A DNA stretch of 64,000 bases from Octopus vulgaris (Eukaryota): assembly GCA_951406725.2 (NCBI GenBank), contig OX597816.1:64728001-64792000 (forward strand), in the 5' to 3' direction. This document shows positions 53,570 through 64,000 of this stretch, one piece after another. Position numbers and translations under genes: made by a program. The notes beneath the pieces were generated by a model. It saw only the letters and a list, made by a program, of their open reading frames with translations, did no database searches and was not told the origin of the DNA. The number at the start of each line of letters is the position of its first letter. Position 1 is the stretch's first letter.

Positions 53570-55194
53570 CTTTGTAACAAGCAAATGTAGTATGTAATTG
53601 ACGGTTGAAATCTGCAATACTGAATACAATTAAATGTGGCTGGATTACATATAATTTTCTACTCTATCATCCATTAATTTAGACATCACTTTTACAAATT
53701 GATATATAAATACGTATCATTCAGGATCTCTTAGATTTTTGCCTCTGCTGCAAGTAACATATATTGGACTACATTTTCAATAGCTTTCTCTATGCATTGA
53801 TAAAATATCCACTGTTATTTCTGCAATATACTCATGTTTTAACAATTTCGTGAATGCAAATATAAATGCTAAAGATGGAGATAATTATATTCTATTTTAT
53901 ATTAAATTGCAGGAAAGCACACATGCCTTTACATTTTACTGAGTTATTCTACTTATCAAATATGTAGGTTATTGATATCATGACGATAATTTAACAGTTG
54001 AACACTTTTATGAAAACACATTTCTCCATACTGGAACGACTTCACAAGCATTATTAATGTAAAACAGCTGATTAATATCACGTCTGTCGTTTTAATATAA
54101 AACACACCGGATAAATGAATCATAGATACGATAAGTATTGTCTATTCATTCAGATACACCAAATTGCATTCAATTTTCCTGTATTGACATATATACCCAT
54201 ATATGTATATTTGCTTATAACTAAACATAGCTGATCATATCTAAATGGTATTTGATGAAACTAAACTCTGAATTCATACATTTTGTTCCACTTAAATATT
54301 ACAGAATTACTATGCAGGTATTTATGAGCATATATTTTGAGTTGCATCAAATATAATTGATGTTAGCTGATCGCTTATATGGAATCTATAAAATGATTGG
54401 AGTAAAAACGGTGGAAACATACTTGATGTAGTAAGCCAAGTAATTTTAACCTATTAATTCTTTTTCAATCAGCCGCAAACGAAATGCTTTTCCTGACGCC
54501 ACGGTATAAACCCCTATCCTACTCCCACAGCTTTTGCAGCTCCTCAAGTTCATGTTATACTTCACTCTCAATTGCCTTGATGTCATTGAATGGTGGGTGT
54601 CAGTCCTCTTCTGCGATATTTCCAAAGTGTATCGCATTCACTTGATATACATACACACATAACTATCCTTCTGTCGGTTACGACGACATGGATTCCGTTG
54701 ATCCAATCAACGGAACAGCCTGCTCGTGAAGTTAACGTGCAAGTGGTTGAGCTCTCCACAAACACGTGTACACTTAACGTACTCCTCAAGGAGATTCGCT
54801 GTGACACAGAATGTGATAAGGCTGACCCCTTGAAATAGAAGTAGTACCGATTTTTCCCACCGTGTGGATTGGAGGAACGTGAAACAAAGTACCTTCACTA
54901 CACCCCACCCATATATATGTAACATGGCAGATTTAAGCCATTTCTCTACGGACTGAAAAAAAATGAACAATCTTAATCAATTTTCGAACCTTAGTGGGTT
55001 CGAATCAGAGGCGTCCAAAATCATTACTGACAGTTTCTACAGAGAAACAATCAGACAAACTGTTTATATACTCAACAAATTCAGCAGTTAATATATGAAG
55101 GAATCCAAAATTTGCATACCGAAAGTTTTTAACACTCTATAAATACCAGCGGCTTGTCAACGGGGATTTTAATCCACACAGTATCAAAGTATGA

Positions 55195-55213
55195 TCTATA
55201 TATATAAGGCAGA

Positions 55214-55268
<55 letters not shown>

Positions 55269-55460
55269 TGATTGTAGTTTATGCACATCCACAAATTAGC
55301 ACGCATGTCGCTCAAATTTTAGGAGGACATTCGTCACGATCCTAGCTGTATTTTCGTCAAATTATTTTCCCCTAGGCACCCGCGAATAGCGGTAAATAAT
55401 TTTGAGCAATAACTTCAATATTCACGGCGGAGAAATCCACTGTAGTGACGTCGTTATTGT
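55195..55460 (+). mobile_element. Helitron-like 5' part
   Basis: a|TCTATATATATAAGG start; homologous to 53200-53420. Confidence 0.65.
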
Positions 55461-55508
55461 GGACAAAACATGAGTTAAGTCCCCTTCTAGCGGCGGTGTA
55501 AAGAGAGG

Positions 55509-55555
<47 letters not shown>

Positions 55556-55701
55556 AATTTCTTTTTAGTGAGTGATTGACAGACAAAAACAGACAGACAG
55601 TTATTGTTATGTATGTATGCATGAATGGCTCCAGTCACACACACACACTCACATGAGCATTTATGCGTACAAAACCGATGCATGCAATGTGTGTGTTGAC
55701 C

Positions 55702-55754
<53 letters not shown>

Positions 55755-55756
<2 letters not shown>

Positions 55757-56143
55757 TATAAATAAAGCTGAAGTTGTGTGTGTATGGCAGGTTTGGTAGC
55801 CTTCAACTAACAATATCTCCTCCGAGACCCTGCAGTGCAAGTTGACCAAAATTCAGAGTATGATAGAAGAAGGCTTGCTCTTCCTTCCGTAGAAGAAAAA
55901 ATCCAAATCGGACCATGTTAAGACCAAAAATTATTTACATAAAAAAGGTGCTTTGTTTCTATAAAAATCCCTATTTTTTTACGATTGTTTGACTGCTGTG
56001 TCACCATTTCTCAGTGTATTTCAAACAGAAAAATGTTCACTTAAAGAGAATAACAATCAACATAATGCAAAAATTTTACTTTTCAAAAATTCCAAATATA
56101 AAGGGTTGAAACATACTCGAGCAACGCCGGGTGATACTGCTAG
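55755..56143 (+). mobile_element. Non-autonomous Helitron
   Basis: Homologous to 17698-18089; ends CTCGAGCAACGCCGGG TGATACTG CTAG|t. Confidence 0.82.
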
Positions 56144-56721
56144 TATAATATATGCGTAACATATGGTATAATTATAAACAGGGCACATTTCGGCCATTTC
56201 TCCGCAGACTGAAAAGATGATGAAGAACCTTAATCGATTTTCGAATCTTATTGTGTTCCCATCAGAGAACACAAGTCTTATCGCTCTTTTGGCGGGGAAA
56301 TTTGAATCATAACTACGAATACAATCGATTAAACCGCACGTGAATTTGACGCTCGCTGCGACTTAATAAATTGTATTTAAGACAAACCTCTGCTGAAGAT
56401 TTATGGATGTTGTGTAAGTAAAATTGCATATTACATTAATAATGAAACAATTGTTCAGGGTTAATCTATTTTTTCGTTGTGTTTCACTTACCTTACGTTA
56501 AATGTAGTGGTATTTCTTCTTGGAAACAACTTTTAGTGGCTATACCATTAGCGGAGCTATTTTTAGCACCAGAGTGAACCACATAGTGGTCACTCTCTAA
56601 TATTTATGTATAAATTTGTATTTTTCCCTTGGTTTTTATGTGCTAAGCAACTTGGTGTTAAATTGATGGTATTATTAAATTAATATCAAATTTTTCACCC
56701 TCATTTATAAATATATATATA

Positions 56722-56938
56722 TAGGGAGAGTTTATGAAAAAAATAAAAGACGAAGACAGGTGGTGTACAAAACAAACAGATGTATTAGTATAACGCTCAG
56801 GAATAGAAAAAGTCTCTATACGTTTCGAGCCTACGCTCTTCTACAGAAAGGGACGCAGAGATAACAAGGAGAGAAACAAGGAGAAAAAAAAGGAAAGAAA
56901 AAAATGTGTGTAGTGGCTAACGATCTATCATGGCGACT
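56722..56938 (-). mobile_element. PLE-terminus-like fragment with a variant hammerhead motif (56814-56850)
   Basis: Minus strand: cuuu CUGUAGA a gagc-guag-gcuc GAAAC GUA uaga; the 3' end abuts (TA)n. Confidence 0.65.
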
Positions 56939-57741
56939 TATATATATATGTGTGTGTGTGTGTGTATAAGTGTGTGCGCACGTGTGCATGCAAGCTTGTG
57001 ATGATTATATATGGTCGCGTTTGATGACAATATTACGTAACGACTATATTGAAGAATAACTAAAAAGAAATGCACGTATGACATTTGCGATGTGTTCATT
57101 TTAAAATAACGTGTGGGAATTTTAAGCCTTCCTGTAAAATAGAAAACTAATCAAATTTATGCTTTTATTAGATGGAGGTATATCGTAAAAATTTAATGTT
57201 ATACAAATGAAAAATTTTGAATTTTAATATTATATTGGTTTTATTGAGTTATAGATATCTGAGTATTGCAGTATATAAACATGTCAAATTTAGTTATTCG
57301 ATGTTTAGGTTAAATTAAATCTGATAGGCACAGAAAATGGTTTTTAATATGAAAGAAAAAGGGTGTTATTTCACTTTAAGTTCATAGCTCCTATGGATTG
57401 CAAACATATTACCAAACTGTTTCTAGAAATTATTAGAAGTTTCCGGTATCATGAGATGTTGACAAAATATCAGGAGCTATTTCTTTTATTATTTTTGTTT
57501 CCTTCTCTTCGTCTCCAAAATACATAATTCTGCAAAAGCTACTCGTGTTTCCGAAAGATTCTCGCACATCGCTACTGATGTGGTGAAGATGGTCGCAATG
57601 CAGCCACGCGGCTCCGAGTTCAGCTCCACTTCATGGCATTTTAGACGAGCGTCTTCTACTACAGCTTCGGGCCAACCAATGACGTTTCAGTGTATTTGTT
57701 AGACAAAAACTGCGTTGAAACAAGTCGTATCGTGTATCGCT

Positions 57742-57912
57742 ATGATAGATCGTTAGCCACTACAGACATTTTTTTTTCTCTCCGTGTTTCTTTGTGTGTC
57801 CCTTTCTGCAGAAGACCGTAGGCTCGAAACGTAAAAGACATTTTCTATTCCTGAGCGTTATACTAATACATCTGTGTTTTGTGCACCACCTATCTTCGTC
57901 TTTTGTTTTTTA
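57742..57912 (+). mobile_element. Second, inverted copy of the 56722-56938 element with a variant hammerhead motif (57802-57837)
   Basis: cuuu CUGCAGA a gacc-guag-gcuc GAAAC GUA aaag; ends in TATATATA. Confidence 0.65.
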
Positions 57913-59174
57913 TATATATTTAAAGTCATCAAAATTGTTATAACGTCTTGTTGTTGAGAGATGAGCAGATTACATTATTTTACAACGTTTATTCCTTTGG
58001 ATAAAAGCAATATTGTCTTCGAAACATATGTCGAAAGTAAAAGAATTTGAATAACACCTGCGTTCAACTCCATTTATTTACTTACACACACACACACACA
58101 CATATATATATGTGTGTGTCTGTGTGTGTGTGACTGCGCATGCGCGCGTTCGGCAAAAGTCACTAAGTACGTGGCACACCTAAGTAAATATAAGTTCTTG
58201 TGTCGATTTCTTCAACTGAACCCAGCCAGGTGGTGTCCCCGATGGCTGCACTCCAATGACTGAAACGAACAAAGACAATAGTAAGTAAAATAAATTTCCG
58301 ATATCGGAGATGTCTTTGTCAGATTTGCGAAAATCGTTTTCTTTTCATTTAACTTGATTTTCTGATTCGAATTGCTACGTGTATTTTCTTTAGTTCAATA
58401 ATCTTCAGTTATCTTGCACTCAATAAACCGAGGAAGCTATTTAAGAAATTCACTGTTCTGTATTGAAGCGAATACAAAACGTAAAATGATGGGAATATTG
58501 AGAGCCAAAAGGATGAAATAAAATCATAATCGAACAAATACATGATCTTTTTCACTCAACTAAAGCAAGCATATCATAGCTAGATGGACCAATCTACCTT
58601 AAAATGGAATATGATATTCAGATATAGGCAAAAAAATTATTATCAGAAAATCTTGTTACATAAAGAATATTCTGCAAGGGAAAAAGTTGAAAGTTGTTGC
58701 ATTACTGATATTCCCAAGATCCACAAGTAATATAAATGAAACAAAACAGCTGAAACATAGAAATAAAACAAAGATCATTATAAACCTGGTTGTATGCTAC
58801 ATGGTACATGTGAAGTCGAAATTATATCTGTGTTAGTTCAATAGTAGAATATCTGATTATTGATTTTCTCCATTCGTACGATATGGTTTCAACTAGTTTA
58901 GTTACATGAGAAATCGGATTCCCATTTAAACATCCAATCTTCTTGACGGTGTAGATGCCGAATTTGTGATCTGTGTGGGTTAAGTGTAGCATATTAAATT
59001 GCTGATACATGACACCACGTTGTACTCCAAGGATTAGTAGCATTTCGCGTGTTCTGATACTCACATTATTCTCCGCTGCCTGGAGGAGCACAACGTTGGA
59101 ACGTAAAATATACTGGGTTAATAAAAGGCAAATGCGACTACTACACAGGTCCTTTTGTCAAGGAAGGCTTTCAA

Positions 59175-60097
59175 GGCGCAGGAGTAGCTGTGTGGTAAGT
59201 AGCTTGTTTACCAACCACATGGTTCCGGGTTCAATCCCACTGCGTGACACCTTGGGCAAGTGTCTTCTACTATAGCCTCGGGCCGACCAAAGCCTTGTGA
59301 GTGGATTTGGTAGACGGAAACTGGAAGAAGCCCGTCGTATATATGTATGTATATATCTCTCTACTCATCCTCTTTTTCTCTTCTCTTTCCTCTGATTCTT
59401 TAGTCTAATCTTCCCCTACCCTCCTATTTCTTTGTCTCGCTCTGCATTCACAGGTCAATCTTCGACACCCATCCCTTCTCCTCTCTGATTCCTTCTTTCT
59501 CTCTCTTCTCTCTCTTTGTTGCGTTTGTCCCTCCTCTCTCTCTCTCCTCTCTCTCTCTCTTCCTTTGCTTCTCTTTCTTTTCTTTTCTCTCTTCTCTGTC
59601 ACGTGACTGCTGGCCGAAATCTGCCTTTCAGCTTCTCACCAGCGTCGTGTTAACATCGTTGTTTTTCGTCCGCCGCTATAGGCATCGCCGATAAGGCTCC
59701 TTTCCAATGCGCCAGAGAAAAAATTTGTTTGCTTGTTATCAGTCGTAAGACACTTGTTGTTGTTTTCACCGTTAATGCTTCTGTATTTCATGTTTCTGTA
59801 TTCCATTATTGTTTTTTGTTTTTTTATATTCGTCCCTTTTGCTGTCCTGGTGTTCGTATGCATTCGATCCTTCTTCCAGGAAATCTACGCTACCAGCTTA
59901 GTTTTTCTAATGCTCGTTGCTTAGTTTTTCTTGGAGGGCTGGCCGTGATCTAGTAATCTCAAGATTAATCAGCCGAAATTACTACGATGATCCGGTTCTT
60001 GACTGAAGACTGAGGGTTTCGAATGTCCTGTCCGTGTTTATTGTATCGTCTTCTAAGAGTTATACGTTCTTGTCCATGTTGTATTTTTCTACATACC

Positions 60098-60141
<44 letters not shown>

Positions 60142-60367
60142 TGTGTGTTTGTGTGTCTGTGTTTGTCCCCCCTAGCATTGCTTGACAACCAATGCTGGTG
60201 TGTTTATGTTCCCGTTACTTAGCGGTTCGGCAAAAGAGACCGATAGAATAAGTACTGGGCTTACAAAAGAATAAGTCCCGGGGTCGAGTTGCTCGATTAA
60301 AGGCGGTGCTCCAGCATGGCTGCAGTCAAATGGCTGAAACAAGTAAAAGAGTAAAAGAGAGAGAGTA
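59175..60367 (+). mobile_element. SINE family B split by a ~745-bp insert (59356-60100) in its internal microsatellite
   Basis: Head at 59175-59350 and tail at 60139-60367. The insert is pyrimidine-rich and ends in (TA)n. Confidence 0.85.
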
Positions 60368-61122
60368 AGTCATTATGTATCCAGAACAAAAAGAAACAAA
60401 CAAAATAAACAGTAATTTCAAGAAGCTTCAAATGCCTAAACCTCTTTGATCATTGCAACCAGACAGTAACAAACCTGTGAAAAACGTCACAGTCTAAGCA
60501 TTATTACACCTTTTCAGCAACTAGGAATATTTGTAGATAATGCACCGTCAGTGCATGCTGGTTGTGGATGTGTAATGTTTTAAACTTTACGGATTTTAGA
60601 GGCGTGTTTTAGTTTGGCCTCAAAATTATTTTCCTAGTTCACCTTCACTAGTTTTTAGACAAGACAGTTATTCATTAAAAAGTAGTAATTGTTTATTTTA
60701 CATTTATTTTACTTTTTTAATATTATGTTGATTTTACAGAGCCCAAACTCTGGGCTGCTTAGCAGAATTATGCAGTGTAGCCCTCAGATAAGCGGAGGAG
60801 ACTTGTATGAAAAGCATCCTCTCACGTATGTGTAGAAAATCCAAGGAGTGGTTGTGTGGTAAGTAGCTTGCTTACCATTTGTGGTAAGAGGGTTAGTGCC
60901 ACATTGTAAGGACTTTGAGTCCAAATGAAACATTGGTAAGAGTTTTATTGCCTCAAATTGTACGTACGCAAAAGAACAATGTTTTAGAGAAGCAGAGATC
61001 GGCAGGAGTCTTCTGCCTTCCCTCATTAATACCATACTTTTCATCAGTCATCTCAGTAATGTTATTGTCCAGCTCACAGCTATTCCTCTGTGTAATGCCT
61101 TTATGGTAAATCGTACGAAATA

Positions 61123-61399
61123 AAGTAGCTTGCTTACCAACTACATGGTTCTGAATTCAGTTCTACTGCGTGGTACCTTGGGCAACTGTCTTCTACTGTA
61201 GCATCCGGCCGACCAAGGCTTTGTAATTGGATTTGGGAGATGGAAACTGAAAGAAGCCCGTTGTATATATGTATATATAATATATATATACAATATATAT
61301 AATATATATATACATATATATATAATATATATATATACATATAATATATATATATATAATATATATAATATATATATATACATATATATATAATATATG

Positions 61400-61467
<68 letters not shown>

Positions 61468-61915
61468 TAGTAATGCAATACTAGAGTATTGCTTTCCAGT
61501 AAAGAATAGCCCGTGAGGGAAAAATATACAAAGAAGTAAATATATGGCACAACGAAGTACCGATATTTACTGGAAATATCGAACGTAATAATACGACGCT
61601 AATGTATAGCTTCACCGCTTATGTACTAGCAAAAATGCGTGAGTGCAACAAACTTGAAAAAATTGTCTTACCTCCAGGGAGAATATCTGAAAGATGAAAT
61701 ACCTAGAAAAGGATAATGTGGGACAGGCGCCGGTTTCAGATTTTTCAAGATATGCCTGTACATTTCAAATGTACTTGGAGGTAAAACAATGTTTTTCAAG
61801 TTTGTTGCACTCACGCATTTTTGCTAGTACATACGCGGTGTAGCTATACATTAGCGTCGTATTATTACGTTCGCTATAGTAAATATCGGTACTTCGTTGC
61901 GCCATATATTTACTG

Positions 61916-61987
<72 letters not shown>

Positions 61988-62296
61988 AATTAAAATGAGG
62001 GGGAAAAATTGGATATTAATTTTATAACATCAATTTAACACCAGTGGTCTAACATTTATAATGGTCTATATATATGTATACATGTGTGTGTGTGTGTGTG
62101 TAAATATTTTGTGTCTGTGTTTGCCTCTCTCACCATCGCTTCTCAACAGACACTGGTCTGTTTACGTCCCCGTAACTTAGCAATAGTCACCGATATAATA
62201 AGTACTAGGCTTACAAAATATAAGTCCTGGGGTCGATTTGTTCAACTAAAGGCGGTACTGCAGCATGGCCGCAATCAAATAAAGGAGTAAAAGAGT
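61123..62296 (+). mobile_element. SINE family B split by TA-embedded inserts
   Basis: Head at 61123-61268 and tail at 62085-62296. Confidence 0.8.
61465..61918 (-). mobile_element. Fold-back insert in (TA)n: ~145-bp inverted arms (61533-61677, 61776-61914) around a ~98-bp spacer
   Basis: AGTAAATATATGGC.CAACGAAGTACCGATATTTACT...TTACCTCCA is mirrored; there is an extra ~65-bp tail on the left. Confidence 0.75.
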
Positions 62297-62622
62297 ACTA
62301 CTTTATAAAATGTGTCCTTTATTTAAACAATGGGGTGTGATGTACAAGTTCGGTTTCTATGTTGACTGCCAAATTTCTGTTGAAAAGTTAAATACACAAG
62401 ATTCTGCGAGTAGGAATCGATCCGGATTTCGTGGCTCGAAGCGAACTGCTTAACCATTCAGCCATATAATAAAACGGGTAACAATCTCAGTGAAACGTTG
62501 GGCATTTCATGAAGGAAAATAATCCACATATCTCTTCAGCTCACCGTTATGAATTGCTATTTGTGGCGCAGAGATTAGCTAACAGATCAGCAAAGCAATA
62601 ACTATGTTTATGAAATTGAGTC

Positions 62623-62940
62623 CGTGGAAGCGCAATAGCCCAGTGATTAAGGAAGCGGACTCGCGGTCGGAGGATCACGGTTTCGATTCCCAGACCGGGC
62701 GTTGTGTGTGTGTTTATTAAGCGAAAACGCCTAAAGCTCCACGAGGCTCCGGTAGGGGATAGTGGCGACCCCTGTTGTACTCTTTCGCCCGAACTTTCGC
62801 TCACTCTCTCTCGTTCTTCCTGTTTCTTGAGTAACTCTGCGATAGACTGGCGTCCCGTCCAGCTGGGAGTAACACATACGGCACAGAAACTGGGAAACCG
62901 GGCCCATGAGCCTGGCTAGGCTTGAAAAGGGTGCATAAAT
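62623..62940 (+). mobile_element. SINE family C
   Basis: Family C sequence from head to tail. Confidence 0.88.
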
Positions 62941-63609
62941 AAAATGGATTGAGTCTGAGAGAATATGCGACCACGCAGAGCTTCCGGCTAACACCACGTT
63001 AAAGTTGCATCGTCAAATATCAGAAAATGTTGAACATAATTAATTTCTCTGGTAATATCATTTCATTCCAAATTCTATATACACAAATATCGCATTACTT
63101 GAATCAACCTCCTATAATAGTGCGTCTTAAAGTGGACCTTCTCACGAGGGTGTGTTGGAAAATTTTATATTGGTACAGATGACAAAGCGTGTCTCGGTGC
63201 CGTAGTGATAGACCAGATTCGTCAATAGAGTTTTTCTTTAGTCTTAACAACATATTTGATGTTAACTTTTAAAAAGTTGAATGTAGTTTTATGATAAACT
63301 GCTCAATAGCTACAATCAAAATGACAATAAGAAAATACCACCACCAACAACAAAAATAATTACAGTCGTTGAAATGTGAACACGTAAATCAACAGAACTG
63401 AATATAAACCGCATATGCTTACAATATTCAGCTTATAATAGGCGGTGATGTAGAATGTAGTCATCCGCGTCAAACATGTCCTCGGCAGTAATTTACTGCG
63501 AATTGATATTACAATATGCACATTACACAGAAGGTGGTGAGTCTTAGAAAAGAACTTTCAGAAAAATGGAGGTGAACGAAGAGGGGGGAACTGCATAACA
63601 CTATACTAT

Positions 63610-63960
63610 ATTTTTCTTGCTTGAGTCATTAAACCGCGGTCATGCTGGGGCATCTCATTGAAGATTTTTTGTAGACGAATGTATCCACACCAATACTTAT
63701 TTTCTAAGCCTGGTACTTATTCTATCAGTCTGTTTTGTCGGACTGCTATGTTATGGGGACATAGACATATTAGCACCAGTTGTCAATCGGTAATAGGGCG
63801 ACAGACACAAAGACACACACACATACATACATATACGACGGGCTTCTTTCAGTTTCCGTCGACCAAATCCATCCACAAGACTTTGGTAATTTCGAGGCTA
63901 TATTAGAAGACACTTTCAAAAGGTGCCACGCAGTGAGACTGAACCGAGAACCGTGTTGTA
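63610..63960 (-). mobile_element. SINE family B, diverged
   Basis: CCTGGTACTTATTCTATC..., ACGACGGGCTTCTTTCAGTTTCCGTC and AAGGTGCCACGCAGTG. Confidence 0.8.
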
Positions 63961-64000
63961 CTGATAGTTAACGCATTTTGAGGTCGATTGAATACCAAGT

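Overview
AT-rich, microsatellite-dense eukaryotic intronic or intergenic DNA. The repeat families suggest a cephalopod (Octopus-like); this is an inference. I found no intact host gene, and almost all listed ORFs are microsatellite or SINE translations. The window holds a decayed Penelope-like retroelement (RT plus C-terminal GIY-YIG, Neptune-type Cys linker, about 2.76-6.2 kb), a hAT-like DNA transposon, an internally deleted mariner, two MITEs, several non-autonomous Helitrons, LINE remnants (R4/Dong, RTE, CR1-like, APE-bearing), more than 25 tRNA-derived SINE copies in at least three families, and a 34-bp minisatellite. The most interesting signals are: (1) short inserts in (TA)n tracts that are fold-back palindromes and/or carry hammerhead-ribozyme motifs, including a double hammerhead at 42.3 kb and a non-canonical CUG(U/C)AGA core variant; (2) an in-frame U-UUU-UUA slippery site joining the upstream ORF to the ATG-less Penelope RT frame; (3) a SINE that transposes as head-plus-tandem-body multimers; (4) a minisatellite derived from a SINE segment; (5) repeated insertions into the internal microsatellite of one SINE family. 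All alignments and folds were done by eye, and coordinates of decayed elements are approximate.
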